A stretch of DNA of 64,000 bases from an uncultured Acidimicrobiaceae bacterium (GCA_964584755.1 CAZPAV010000004.1:7386-71385); one strand, 5' to 3'; positions 9,866 through 18,860 are shown, counted from the stretch's first letter. Notes: generated by a model from the sequence alone, not told the origin. Numbers and translations are program-made.

Positions 9866-10962
9866 GGAGACCGGTTCCGGCTCGGGCCGCCGTCGTGGTG
9901 AAGGTGGGCTCGTCGAGCCTCACCGCGGTGGGGGGCGGTCTCGACCGTGCCGCCCTCGAGGCGATCGTCGCCCAGATCGCCGCGGTGCGCGCCCTCGGCC
10001 ATCCGGTGGTGCTCGTGAGCTCGGGGGCCGTCGCCGCCGGACTCGCGCCGCTGGGCCTCGCCGACCGTCCCGACGACCTGCCCGGACTCCAGACCGCCGC
10101 CGCGGTCGGTCAGGGCCGGCTCATGGAGCGGTACAGCTCCGCCTTCTCGGGACGGGGGCTCGTCTCCGGCCAGGTCCTCCTCACCCGTGACGTCCTGGCG
10201 CGGCGCGGCCAGTACCTGCACGCCCGCGCCGCCCTGGGTCGGATGCTCGAGCTCGGCGTGGTTCCTATCGTCAACGAGAACGACACGGTGGTCGTCGACG
10301 AGCTGCGCTTCGGGGACAACGACCGGCTCGCCGCCATCGTGTCCCACCTCGTGGCGGCGGGGATGCTCGTCATCCTCACCGACACCGCCGGGCTGTACAC
10401 CGACGACCCCCGCGTCACCGACGACGCCGAGCTCCTCACCGCGATCCGCCACACCGACCGGATCCTCGACGAGCTCCGCGACCGGGACCGGCCCGGCCGT
10501 CTCGGCTCCGGGGGGGTGGCGACGAAGATCGCCGCGGCCCGCATGGCCGCCTACTCGGGGATCCCCACGGTCATCGCGCCGGCGCGGACGCCCGACGTCG
10601 TGGTGGCGGCGGTGCGGGGGGAGGAGATCGGGACGTGGATCGAACCCCGGGCGTCGCGTCTCACCGCCCGGAAGCTGTGGATCGCGTTCGGACAGCCCGC
10701 CGAGGGGGTCCTCACCGTCGACGCCGGGGCGCGGCGCGCCCTCGTCGAGGAGGGCCGGTCGCTCCTGCCGGCGGGGGTGACCGCCGTCGAAGGAGCGTTC
10801 GTCGCCGGTGACGCCGTCCGCATCGTCGACGGGGACGGGTCACTCGTGGGGAAGGGCCTCGCCGGGTTGGAGGCGGAGGTCCTCCGACGGACGCTGGGGC
10901 GACACTCGTCGGTCGCGGGAGGCGTCGCGGTGCACCGCGACGACCTCGTCCTCCTCGTCTGA
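9862..10962 (+). CDS. proB: Glutamate 5-kinase (with C-terminal PUA domain)
   Basis: Amino-acid kinase fold (VVKVGSSSLT, LVSSGAV, GDNDRLAA) plus PUA-like C-terminus; ATGA overlap with obg; GAGGAGG SD. Confidence 0.85.
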   Translation: MRRPVPARAAVVVKVGSSSLTAVGGGLDRAALEAIVAQIAAVRALGHPVVLVSSGAVAAGLAPLGLADRPDDLPGLQTAAAVGQGRLMERYSSAFSGRGLVSGQVLLTRDVLARRGQYLHARAALGRMLELGVVPIVNENDTVVVDELRFGDNDRLAAIVSHLVAAGMLVILTDTAGLYTDDPRVTDDAELLTAIRHTDRILDELRDRDRPGRLGSGGVATKIAAARMAAYSGIPTVIAPARTPDVVVAAVRGEEIGTWIEPRASRLTARKLWIAFGQPAEGVLTVDAGARRALVEEGRSLLPAGVTAVEGAFVAGDAVRIVDGDGSLVGKGLAGLEAEVLRRTLGRHSSVAGGVAVHRDDLVLLV

Positions 10963-11008
10963 GGCCGCACGATCGAACGGCTGCGCGGGGTCCCTACACT
11001 CGCGGCCC

Positions 11009-11875
11009 ATGTCGTCCCTGTCGTGGCGGGATCCCGCCGAGGTCGCCTCCGACCTGGAGGCCGTCGGATACCTCCCCGACGCGAAGATCGCCCAGGTCGT
11101 GTTCCTCGCGGCCCGCCTCGAGAAACCGATCCTCGCCGAGGGTCCCGCCGGTGTCGGCAAGACCGCTCTCGCCCTCGCCCTGGCCCAGGCCACCGACCGC
11201 CGGCTCGTCCGACTCCAGTGCTACGAGGGCCTCGACGAGGCGAAGGCCCTCTACGAGTGGGACTACCACAAGCAACTCCTCCGTCTCCAGAGCGACGAGG
11301 GCCGGACGTGGGACGACCTGGAGGGGGACATCTTCAGCGAGCCGTTCCTCCTCACCCGGCCGCTCCTCGAGGCGATCCGCTCGCCCGAGCCGGTGGTGCT
11401 CCTCGTCGACGAGGTGGACCGCGTCGAGGTGGAGACCGAGGCCCTGCTCCTGGAGATCCTCGACGCCTTCCAGGTGACGATCCCCGAGCTGGGGACGATC
11501 CGGGCGACGAGCCGTCCGCTCGTGGTGCTCACCTCGAACAACACCCGCGAACTCTCCGAGGCGCTCAAGCGCCGCTGTCTCTACCTCCACATCGGGTACC
11601 CGAGCATCGAACGGGAGCAGGCCATCCTCCTCGCCCGTGTCCCGGACCTGCCGGAGATGCTCGCCGGACGGATCGCCGAGACGGTGGCGAGCATCCGCGG
11701 CGTCCGCCTGCGGAAGTCGCCGTCGGTGAGCGAGTCGATCGACTGGGCCCGAACCCTCCTCGCCCTCGGGCTCGGCGAGCTCGACGGGGCGGTCGTGGGC
11801 GACACCCTCAACGTCCTCCTCAAGTACCAGAGCGACATCGAGGCCGTGGCCCGCGAGCTCGACAGCGCTCCATGA
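11009..11875 (+). CDS. MoxR-family AAA+ ATPase
   Basis: Walker A GPAGVGKT, Walker B LLVDEVDR, sensor motifs; internal ATG chosen (ORF track frame 10808..11875). Confidence 0.8.
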   Translation: MSSLSWRDPAEVASDLEAVGYLPDAKIAQVVFLAARLEKPILAEGPAGVGKTALALALAQATDRRLVRLQCYEGLDEAKALYEWDYHKQLLRLQSDEGRTWDDLEGDIFSEPFLLTRPLLEAIRSPEPVVLLVDEVDRVEVETEALLLEILDAFQVTIPELGTIRATSRPLVVLTSNNTRELSEALKRRCLYLHIGYPSIEREQAILLARVPDLPEMLAGRIAETVASIRGVRLRKSPSVSESIDWARTLLALGLGELDGAVVGDTLNVLLKYQSDIEAVARELDSAP

Positions 11876-13317
11876 TCCGCACCCTCACGGAGTTCGTCGA
11901 GGAGCTCCGTGCCGTGGGCATCCCGGTCTCGATGGTGGAGGCGATCGACGCCGCCGAGGCGTGTCGCTTCGCCGACCTCTCCTCCCCCGAGGCGCTGCGA
12001 GCCGCACTCGGGGCGACGATGGTGAAGAACGCCCGTCACTACCCGGCCTTCGAGGTCGCCTTCGACGTCTTCTTCGGGTTGCGGCCGCCGGTCGCGGAGG
12101 CGACGGGCGAGGAGGGCTCCGCCGGCGCGCCGCCGGGTCCGGAGGGGGCGGCCGGAGCCGGAGGGAGTTCCGGAGGTGGCGAGGAGGAGCTCTTCGAGGC
12201 GATCGTCGCCGCGCTCGCCGCCGGGGACCTCGATGGTCTGCGTCGTCTCGTGGCCGCGGCGGTGACCCGCCTCGCCGGCATGGAACCGGGACGGCCCGTG
12301 GGGGGTCGGTACTACCTGTACCGCGTCATGCGCCGCCTCGACGCCGACCGGCTGCGGGCCCGGCTGCTGGCGGCCACGGTCCCGGGCGAGCCCGAGGATC
12401 CGCTGGCGGCGCGGCTCGCCGCCGATGCCGCCGACCGTCTCGTGGCGACGTTCCGCCGGGAGCTACGTCGCGAGATCCTGCGCCGCCTCGTCGCCGACCG
12501 GGGCGCCGCCGACGTCGCCCGGACGTTGCGGGTGCCGCTCGTCGAGGACCTCGACCTCCTCCACGCCACCCGGGAGGAGCTCGCTCGCATCGAGCAGGCC
12601 GTGGCCCCCCTGGCGAGGAAGCTCGCCACCCGTCTGGCGCAGCGGCGGCGTCGTGGCACCCGGGGGCGCCTCGACGTGCGACGCACCATCCGCCGTTCGC
12701 TCGCCCACGGCGGGGTCCTCCTCGATCCGAGGTTCCGGCCGCCGCGCCGTTCGAAACCCGAGCTCGTGCTCCTCTGCGACGTGTCGGGGTCCATGGCGAC
12801 CTTCGCTCGGTTCACCATGCAGCTCGCCTACGCGGTGGCGGGCGAGTTCTCCCGGGTTCGCAGCTTCGCCTTCGTGGACGGGATCGACGAGGTGACGGGC
12901 TTCTTCGACCGCAGGTGGGGGTTCCCGGAGAGCCTGGCGCGCATGGCCGCCGAGGCGAACCTCGTGCGACGCGACGGACACTCCGACTACGGGGCGGCTC
13001 TCGGCGAGTTCTGGGATCGCTTCGCCGAGGCGGTCGGTCCCCGGTCGACGGTCGTCGTCACCGGCGACGCGCGCAACAACTACCGCCGCGACGGCCGGGA
13101 GTACCTGGCGCGGATCGCCGAGCGCAGTCGTGCCCTGTTCTGGCTCAATCCCGAGGCGCGACGCTACTGGAACACCGGGGACTCGATCATGGCCTCCTAC
13201 GCGTCGGTCTGCGACGTCGTCGCGGAGGTGCGGACCCTCCGGCAGCTCGAGGCGTTCGTGGCGCGGGCGGCCCTTCCCGCGGCCCGTCGCGTGTACGGCG
13301 CCCCGGCGGTCCCTTAA
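11872..13317 (+). CDS. VWA domain-containing protein (CoxE-like), MoxR partner
   Basis: ATGA overlap with MoxR ATPase. C-terminal von Willebrand A domain with MIDAS-like DVSGSM...TD motif. Frame is part of ORF 11023..13317. Confidence 0.7.
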   Translation: MIRTLTEFVEELRAVGIPVSMVEAIDAAEACRFADLSSPEALRAALGATMVKNARHYPAFEVAFDVFFGLRPPVAEATGEEGSAGAPPGPEGAAGAGGSSGGGEEELFEAIVAALAAGDLDGLRRLVAAAVTRLAGMEPGRPVGGRYYLYRVMRRLDADRLRARLLAATVPGEPEDPLAARLAADAADRLVATFRRELRREILRRLVADRGAADVARTLRVPLVEDLDLLHATREELARIEQAVAPLARKLATRLAQRRRRGTRGRLDVRRTIRRSLAHGGVLLDPRFRPPRRSKPELVLLCDVSGSMATFARFTMQLAYAVAGEFSRVRSFAFVDGIDEVTGFFDRRWGFPESLARMAAEANLVRRDGHSDYGAALGEFWDRFAEAVGPRSTVVVTGDARNNYRRDGREYLARIAERSRALFWLNPEARRYWNTGDSIMASYASVCDVVAEVRTLRQLEAFVARAALPAARRVYGAPAVP

Positions 13318-13394
13318 CTCGCTGCGGGCCGTGCCGATGATGATCCCGAGGGGGCAGCGAGCCCGGCGAGCGCGCCGGGAATGGAGGAGCGAGC

Positions 13395-13787
13395 GTGACC
13401 AAGCGGGTGCTCGTCATCGAGGACTCCCAGGTGATCCAACGGCTCATCGAGGTGTGCTTGCGTCCCGCGGGGTTCGAGGTGCACGTGCGCTCGGACGGCC
13501 CCACGGGCCTCGAGGCGGCGCGGGAGATGCTCCCGGACCTCGTGGTGCTCGACGTGGGGCTCCCCGGCATGGACGGCTGGGAGGTCCTCAGCCGGCTGCG
13601 GAACGACGATCGGACCCGTGACGTCACCGTCCTGGTGCTCACCGCCCACGCCCAGGAGGAGACCCGCGCCAAGGCGGACGAGGGGGGCGCCGACGCGTTC
13701 CTCACCAAGCCGTTCCGTCCGAACGAGTTGCGGGCCATCGCCTCCGAGTTGACCGGTCCGGGCGTGGTGGCGACGACCGCCGGCTGA
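13395..13787 (+). CDS. Single-domain response regulator (CheY-like receiver)
   Basis: Receiver residues: acidic pair (IEDS), phospho-acceptor Asp in LVVLDVGLPGMDG, conserved T (VLTA) and K (TKPF). Confidence 0.8.
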   Translation: MTKRVLVIEDSQVIQRLIEVCLRPAGFEVHVRSDGPTGLEAAREMLPDLVVLDVGLPGMDGWEVLSRLRNDDRTRDVTVLVLTAHAQEETRAKADEGGADAFLTKPFRPNELRAIASELTGPGVVATTAG

Positions 13788-13790
13788 TCC

Positions 13791-14531
13791 TCACACCCCG
13801 GTGCCGTGGCGACCCTCGCCGGCGGCGAAGCGTCGCGCTCCCCGGGCGGCCACCTCGAGCACCTCCAGGCCGATCCGCCGCTCCGCGGCGAGGCCGGTCC
13901 GCAGGTCCCGACCGACGCCGGCCCAGATCGCGGCCCGGTCGCTGCGGAGGGTCTCCTGGGGGAACCCGAGGAGGGTTCGGGCGAGGGCGACCGCCTCGGT
14001 GAGGGCGCGCCCCGGCGGTGCGAGCCGGTTCACCAGTCCGATGGCCCGGGCCTCCTCGGCGTCGACGGGCCGTCCGGTGAGGACGAGGTCGAGGGCCCGG
14101 CCGAGGCCGACGATGCGGGGGAGCCGTTGCGTGCCGCCGTCGACGAGGGGAACCCCCCAGCGGCGCTCGAAGCAGCCGAAGACCGCGTCGGCGGCGGCGA
14201 CCCGCAGGTCACACCAGAGCGCCATCTCGAGACCTCCCGCCACGCAGCTTCCCTCGATGGCCGCGATCGTCGGCTTCGTCACCTCGATGCGGGTGAAGCC
14301 GAGGAACCCCTCGGGACGGTCGACGAGGTCGAAGGCCTTGAGGTCGGCCCCGGCGGAGAAGTGTCCCCCGGCGCCGGTGAGCACCGCGACGCCGGCGTCG
14401 TCGTCGTGCTCGAAGCGGCGCCAGGCGGCGAGGAGGGCGTCGGCGGTCTCCCGATCGACGGCGTTGCGGCGATGGGGGCGATCGATGGTGATCACGGCGA
14501 CGCCGTCGTCGCGTCGGTAGTGCACGGCCAT
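13791..14531 (-). CDS. Enoyl-CoA hydratase/isomerase (crotonase) family protein
   Basis: ITIDRPHRRNAVD...LTGAGGHFSAGADLKAF oxyanion-hole motif; 246 aa. Confidence 0.8.
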   Translation of the reverse strand: MAVHYRRDDGVAVITIDRPHRRNAVDRETADALLAAWRRFEHDDDAGVAVLTGAGGHFSAGADLKAFDLVDRPEGFLGFTRIEVTKPTIAAIEGSCVAGGLEMALWCDLRVAAADAVFGCFERRWGVPLVDGGTQRLPRIVGLGRALDLVLTGRPVDAEEARAIGLVNRLAPPGRALTEAVALARTLLGFPQETLRSDRAAIWAGVGRDLRTGLAAERRIGLEVLEVAARGARRFAAGEGRHGTGV

Positions 14532-14622
14532 CCTGGCTCCTCTCCTCGGCGAAGGGGTTCTTCCCGTCGGTGTCCTCCGTTACGCTACGCGAGACGGCGA
14601 GGCGCACGGAGGTGCGCCCCAG

Positions 14623-15672
14623 ATGACGATCGCACTGCTCCTCGTCGCCGCCGCGCTGACCCGGTCGCCGTCCTGCGTCGGTCTCTTCCCGCCCGTGTCG
14701 GGTCCGGTCGTGCGGGGGTTCGCGCCGGTGGGCCGGTACGCCGGACATTGGGGGATCGACATCGCCGCCCCGCCGGGCACTCCGGTGCGGGCCGCGGGGG
14801 CGGGGATCGTCACCTTCGCCGGGACCGTGGTCGGCAACCGGACCGTCACGGTCGCCCACGGGGGTGGTCTGCGCACCGCCACGTCCTTCCTGTCGCGCCT
14901 CGCGGTGCGACGGGGGGTCCCGGTGGTGGCCGGGAGCGTGCTCGGCTGGAGCGGCCGGCACGACGGGCGCGACGCGGTCCATTTCTCGGTGCGTGTCGGA
15001 GACCGCTACCTCGACCCGCTGACTGTCCTCGGTTGCCGCCGGCCGGTGGCGCCCGGCCTCTGGCTCGAGTCTGCCGTGGGGACGGCCGCCTATCCTCGAG
15101 GCCGTGCGCGGCATCCTCGGTGGTACCTTCGATCCGCCTCACGTGGCGCATCTCGTCGCGGCCGAGGCGGTGTATCGGCGGCTCGGGCTCACCTCGGTGA
15201 CGTTCCTGCCCGCCGGGGCCCCTTGGCAGAAGGCCGGCCGGGCGGTATCCCCCGCCGCGGACCGTTGGGCGATGACGTGCCTCGCCGTCGCCGACGTCCC
15301 CTACTTCCTCGCCGACGACCGCGAGGTCCGCCGGGACGGATGGACCTACACGGCCGACACCCTGGTGGAGCTGGGCGACGAGGAGGAGCTCGTCCTCGTC
15401 CTCGGCGCCGACGCCGCCCGCGGGTTGCGGACCTGGCACCGCGCCGAGGTGGTGCTGGAGCGGGCCACGATCGCGGTGGTGCCTCGCCCCGGCATCTCCC
15501 GGGGCGAGGTGGAGGCCGCCGTCGGGTCCGACCTCGTGTGGGTGGAGGCGCCCACGCTCGACGTGAGCGGAACGTCGCTGCGGGCGATGGTGCGGGAGGG
15601 CCGGTCCATCCGGTTCCTCGTTCCCGACGCCGTGTGGCGCTACGTCGTCGAGCGGGGACTGTACCGGCGTGA
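14623..15672 (+). CDS. M23 family metallopeptidase lipoprotein (C-terminal boundary uncertain; frame stays open across nadD)
   Basis: Signal/lipobox-like N-terminus, M23 motifs HWGIDIAAPPGTPV and HFSVRV; only the first ~150 aa look like a domain. The rest overlaps nadD in another frame. Confidence 0.5.
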   Translation: MTIALLLVAAALTRSPSCVGLFPPVSGPVVRGFAPVGRYAGHWGIDIAAPPGTPVRAAGAGIVTFAGTVVGNRTVTVAHGGGLRTATSFLSRLAVRRGVPVVAGSVLGWSGRHDGRDAVHFSVRVGDRYLDPLTVLGCRRPVAPGLWLESAVGTAAYPRGRARHPRWYLRSASRGASRRGRGGVSAARAHLGDVPARRGPLAEGRPGGIPRRGPLGDDVPRRRRRPLLPRRRPRGPPGRMDLHGRHPGGAGRRGGARPRPRRRRRPRVADLAPRRGGAGAGHDRGGASPRHLPGRGGGRRRVRPRVGGGAHARRERNVAAGDGAGGPVHPVPRSRRRVALRRRAGTVPA

Positions 15673-15679
15673 CCGGTGA
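15104..15679 (+). CDS. nadD: Nicotinate-nucleotide adenylyltransferase
   Basis: GTG start; GILGGTFDPPHVAH nucleotidyltransferase (H/T)xGH motif; 191 aa; precedes rsfS as in many bacteria. Confidence 0.85.
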   Translation: MRGILGGTFDPPHVAHLVAAEAVYRRLGLTSVTFLPAGAPWQKAGRAVSPAADRWAMTCLAVADVPYFLADDREVRRDGWTYTADTLVELGDEEELVLVLGADAARGLRTWHRAEVVLERATIAVVPRPGISRGEVEAAVGSDLVWVEAPTLDVSGTSLRAMVREGRSIRFLVPDAVWRYVVERGLYRRDR

Positions 15680-16748
15680 GGGAGGTCGCCGGTGGGGGAG
15701 TGGTCGGGCCGTCCTCGTCGTCCTCCTCGTGGCGGGGATGATCGTCGGGCTGGGACCGGCCCGGGCGCGTCTGGTGCGCACCGTCGGAGGGTGGGCGCAC
15801 CGTCTCGAGGACGTCGCCGCCGCGGTGCCGCAGCGGCGGCTCGCCGCCGAGCGGGCCGCGGCCGGCGGTGCGGCGCTCCTCCTCGTCGTCACCGACGGCA
15901 CCGGTGCGGGAGTGGCGTTCGGCATCCTGACCCGCGACACCGCCGGCGAGGCGGTGCTCGTCGCCCTGCCGTCGTCACTGGTGGCCATCCTCCCCGGCTA
16001 CGGGGAGTTCACCCTGGGGGAGGCCGTGGCCTTCGAGGGGCCGGGCCTGGCCGCCGTCGGGGTGGAGAACGCCCTCGGGGTCCGGGTCGACGGCACGGTG
16101 CGCCTCGAGGCCGCGGCGCTGCCGGCGCTCCGCGACGTTCCGCCGGGCGACGTCGCCGCTCTCCTCACCCCGGGGGACGCCGCCGACCCGCTGGTGGCGT
16201 TCCGCCGGCGGAGCGCGGCGTTGGCGGGAGTGCTCCGGGCGGTCGGATCGGATCCGACGGCGGTGGAGACCCTCGCCACCGGTGCCGGGACGCCCCCCGA
16301 CGCGGCACGCGGTCTCCTCGCGCTGGCGGGCGCCGGGCTCGAGACGGCGACCCTCCCGGTCGCCGTCGCCGGCGGCGGGGAGCGGCTCGCGGTGCGCGAG
16401 GGCGACGCCACGGCTTTGCTCCGTCGCCGCATGCCGGACCTCCTGTTGGCGGAGGGGAGGCGCCCGCGGCTGGAGGTCCTCAACGGCAACGGGCGGCTGC
16501 AGGCGACGCGACCGATCGCCGAGGTGCTCATCGGCGCCGGGTACCGGCTGGTGCGGACCGACAACGCCGAGAACTTCTCCTTCCCCACCACCCTCGTGAT
16601 CGCACAGGGACGGGAGAACGCGGGCGCGGCGCGCCGTGTCGTGGAGCTGCTGGGCGTCGGTGCGCTGCGGCTCGAGGTGCGAGCGCCGTCGGGAGCCGTG
16701 GACGTCTCTATCATCGTCGGACAGGACGTCCCCACAGGAGAGGGTTAG
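15669..16748 (+). CDS. Membrane protein with C-terminal LytR_C (cell-envelope-related) domain
   Basis: N-terminal TM helix, Ala/Gly-rich middle, C-terminal LytR_C-like segment (LNGNGRLQATRPIAEVLIGAGYRLVRTDNAENFSFPTTLVIA); synteny nadD-X-rsfS. Confidence 0.5.
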   Translation: MTGEGGRRWGSGRAVLVVLLVAGMIVGLGPARARLVRTVGGWAHRLEDVAAAVPQRRLAAERAAAGGAALLLVVTDGTGAGVAFGILTRDTAGEAVLVALPSSLVAILPGYGEFTLGEAVAFEGPGLAAVGVENALGVRVDGTVRLEAAALPALRDVPPGDVAALLTPGDAADPLVAFRRRSAALAGVLRAVGSDPTAVETLATGAGTPPDAARGLLALAGAGLETATLPVAVAGGGERLAVREGDATALLRRRMPDLLLAEGRRPRLEVLNGNGRLQATRPIAEVLIGAGYRLVRTDNAENFSFPTTLVIAQGRENAGAARRVVELLGVGALRLEVRAPSGAVDVSIIVGQDVPTGEG

Positions 16749-17124
16749 CGACATCGTTGCCAGCCGAGAAGCGGTCGCCGCCGCTCGTCGTGCCGCGGCC
16801 GCCATCGAAGACAAGAAGGGTCTCGACCTGGCGCTTCTCGACGTGTCGCAGCTCGTGGTCCTCACCGACCTGTTCCTCATCGCCACCGGCACCTCGACGC
16901 GCCATGTCAAGACGCTCGTCGACGAGGTGGAGGAGCAGCTCCGGGAGGAGGGCCGGCGACCGCTGCGTCGGGAGGGGGCCGAGTTCGGGAGGTGGGTGCT
17001 CCTCGACTATGGGGACTTCGTCGTCCATCTCTTCGACCTGGAGACTCGGGAGTACTACGACCTGGAGCATCTCTGGGCGGATGCGCCACGCCTCGAGCTC
17101 CGGTCCGCCGCCGCCGAAGCCTGA
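16636..17124 (+). CDS. rsfS: Ribosome silencing factor RsfS (Iojap-like)
   Basis: Conserved core ...AIEDKKGLDLALLDVSQLVVLTDLFLIATGTSTRHVKTLVDEVEEQL...YGDFVVHLF; start uncertain (overlaps preceding gene). Confidence 0.8.
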   Translation: MSWSCWASVRCGSRCERRREPWTSLSSSDRTSPQERVSDIVASREAVAAARRAAAAIEDKKGLDLALLDVSQLVVLTDLFLIATGTSTRHVKTLVDEVEEQLREEGRRPLRREGAEFGRWVLLDYGDFVVHLFDLETREYYDLEHLWADAPRLELRSAAAEA

Positions 17125-17142
17125 TACAATCCCTCCTCCCAC

Positions 17143-17216
17143 GGGGCTGTAGCTCAGTTCGGCAGAGCACTTGCATGGCATGCAAGGGGTCAGGGGTTCA
17201 AATCCCCTCAGCTCCA
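17143..17216 (+). tRNA. tRNA-Ala (anticodon GGC)
   Basis: Hand-folded cloverleaf: acceptor GGGGCTG/CAGCTCC with G3:U70 Ala identity pair, D-arm GCTC..GAGC, anticodon stem CTTGC/GCAAG with loop ATGGCAT (GGC), T-arm AGGGG-TTCAAAT-CCCCT, discriminator A. Confidence 0.85.
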
Positions 17217-17236
17217 CCCCCAAGAATCCCTTGCGC
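17175..17236. repeat. attL core: 3' half of tRNA-Ala plus 20 bp, duplicated at 23822-23883
   Basis: 62-bp direct repeat ATGGCATGCAAGGGGTCAGGGGTTC[A/G]AATCCCCTCAGCTCCACCCCC[A/G]AGAATCCCTTGCGC, 60/62 identical. Confidence 0.65.
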
Positions 17237-17250
17237 TGCAAGGGATTCTG
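17222..17250 (+). terminator. Perfect 12-bp hairpin immediately 3' of tRNA-Ala (AGAATCCCTTGC-gct-GCAAGGGATTCT); left half lies in the att core
   Basis: Inverted repeat read directly; no U-tract, so terminator function tentative. Confidence 0.35.
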
Positions 17251-17279
17251 GCATTGCCGGTCCAGAACGGAACGACCCC

Positions 17280-17312
17280 GAGTCCGTCCAGAGTCCGCGG
17301 AAAGTCCGCGGG
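17280..17312 (+). repeat. Three tandem GAGTCCG(C/T)-type repeats just inside attL (putative arm-type Int/Xis sites)
   Basis: GAGTCCGTCC AGAGTCCGCGG AAAGTCCGCGGG; the 22-bp block CAGAGTCCGCGGAAAGTCCGCG is shared with 23688-23712 near attR. Confidence 0.4.
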
Positions 17313-17368
17313 AGATCGAGCCAAGGCCATCCCGAAGAGACACCAACACGCCTCGCGGTGGTCAGGAT

Positions 17369-18085
17369 TCAATCTCCAGCGACGAGGATCTCAAGTGCCG
17401 CGCGTCCGTCCTCGGCACCGTCGATGTTCCGCCACGCGCGCGCCTCAGGGTCGAGGAGGTCGGCCTGTCTTTTCAGCCACTTCCGCTCGTTGTCGCTGAG
17501 TTCCTCGGCCATTCCGAATGGATCGCCAACGAGCGTCAGGAGAAAGGCGAGGTCCTCGCGCTGAGCGTCGGGAAGGTCGTCGACTTCGATTGCCCGGGCC
17601 TTGACCAGTATGGCGCCGAGGAGGGTGGGGCGCGGGATGCTTCCGACTTGAGTATCCGTGCGGACTGCGACTTGGACGGATCGCCTCAGAGCCTGGCTCC
17701 CGCCGGGCACCTCCACGGAACGGACTCCTGGTGACACCTCCCGCGGCGCTCGGGTCCCGATGCCGTCCGGAAGGAGAACGTCGATCTTGACGTCGCCGCG
17801 GACGAATCGATGACCAACGCCGTCTGCTGAGACTCCTTCGAGCTGGTATCCCAGCGACTTCAGGCCGCGGACGAATGCCTTCGGGTGGTCGGTGATGGCT
17901 CGAACGTTCACGATGACATCGAGGTCCGTGGATCTTCGGGGTGGCGTGCGCTCGTGCTCGAGGCCGTGTAAGAAGACCATCTGAGCTCCGACCAGTGTCC
18001 AGTCGCTCGGAATCACCGCGGCGACTTCGAGGAGGGCGTCCCACAGTTGGGTGGCGAGTTCATCGTCACGAGGGATGGTGATCAA
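17369..18085 (-). CDS. Nucleotidyltransferase-fold protein (minimal Pol-beta-like NTase; possible AbiEii/DUF1814-like toxin)
   Basis: hG[GA] ... DhD pattern (TLVGAQMVFLHG ... STDLDVIV ... KIDVLL). 238 aa. 22 nt downstream of an HTH protein gene on the same strand. Confidence 0.45.
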   Translation of the reverse strand: MITIPRDDELATQLWDALLEVAAVIPSDWTLVGAQMVFLHGLEHERTPPRRSTDLDVIVNVRAITDHPKAFVRGLKSLGYQLEGVSADGVGHRFVRGDVKIDVLLPDGIGTRAPREVSPGVRSVEVPGGSQALRRSVQVAVRTDTQVGSIPRPTLLGAILVKARAIEVDDLPDAQREDLAFLLTLVGDPFGMAEELSDNERKWLKRQADLLDPEARAWRNIDGAEDGRAALEILVAGD

Positions 18086-18107
18086 GGCTTCTCCTGTTGG
18101 GCTCCAC

Positions 18108-18803
18108 CTACGAAGCTCTCAGAGGGGGTTCGAGGCGTTCCAACAGCTCCCTTGCGGCGCGCCGGCTTCGGGGGTCGTCGGATTCGAGGAGGTCGATGGC
18201 GATGCACGCCCGACCCACGCAGTTCTCCCAGGCAAACGGGAGGTCATCACCGACGACGTGAAGCACGAGATTCGGGCGGTCGCTCGGTTCCAGGTGATAC
18301 CTGGATGCCAGAGCGTCGACTCGGGCAGCAGAGACGTACGCTTCGAGTTCCTCGGCGGCCTGGATGTCGCTGCCGGCTTCGAAAGCCGCGCTGACGCCGG
18401 ACTTCACGACTTCTGGCTCCTGTGCGATTCTCTGCAGCGCCGACGGGTGCGCTCGGAAGCTCAGTCTGTGGGCTCTCGCTCTCAGCCTGGGGGCGAGTGC
18501 GAGAAGGCCGTGCGAGCGTAGCTTGCTTCGAAGCCTCGACAGTGCAGAGGGGCTGACCCAATCCACCGGCAGGCCGTCGGAGAGGCACAGAAGCGCCCAC
18601 GCATTCGCGGCGCTGTAGGGGCGACCGTCGACGATGTCGGCGTCCTGTCTGCGGTCGAGGCTCGCTCGGTGAATCAGCCACCGTCCGGCGATCTTGTCGG
18701 CTTCGAGCTGTTGGGCACGCGCCATCGCCCGTACCCGCGAAGGGTGGAGGCCCAATCGCCTTGCGGCTTCGGGGACTGAGACGAGATCGTTCTGGATGGA
18801 CAT
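18108..18803 (-). CDS. HTH DNA-binding protein (excisionase/MerR-like HTH_17 N-terminus + ~170-aa C-terminal domain); candidate antitoxin/regulator of downstream NTase
   Basis: N-terminus LVSVPEAARRLGLHPSRVRAMARAQQLEADKIAGRWLI matches the excisionase-type HTH pattern; promoter with inverted repeats immediately upstream. Confidence 0.5.
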   Translation of the reverse strand: MSIQNDLVSVPEAARRLGLHPSRVRAMARAQQLEADKIAGRWLIHRASLDRRQDADIVDGRPYSAANAWALLCLSDGLPVDWVSPSALSRLRSKLRSHGLLALAPRLRARAHRLSFRAHPSALQRIAQEPEVVKSGVSAAFEAGSDIQAAEELEAYVSAARVDALASRYHLEPSDRPNLVLHVVGDDLPFAWENCVGRACIAIDLLESDDPRSRRAARELLERLEPPLRAS

Positions 18804-18822
18804 GCAGCAAACCGCCGGGAGG

Positions 18823-18860
18823 TTGACACAACTCTATCACTGGCGAGTTAGTTGTGTCAA
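18823..18860. promoter_or_regulatory. Promoter/operator of the HTH gene: inverted repeat TTGACACAACT (18823-18833) / AGTTGTGTCAA (18850-18860) embedding -35-like TTGACA; direct CAACTCTATC repeats; palindrome CACAATTGTG at 18876-18885
   Basis: Read on both strands. On the minus strand TTGACA-N18-TAGAGT lies ~50 nt upstream of ATG 18803. The region is locally AT-rich. Confidence 0.4.

Noticed and set aside
13321-13364. Hairpin CTCGCTGC...GCAGCGAG after the VWA gene as an intrinsic terminator
   Set aside because: 8-bp stem with a 28-nt loop and no downstream T-tract is too weak to call.
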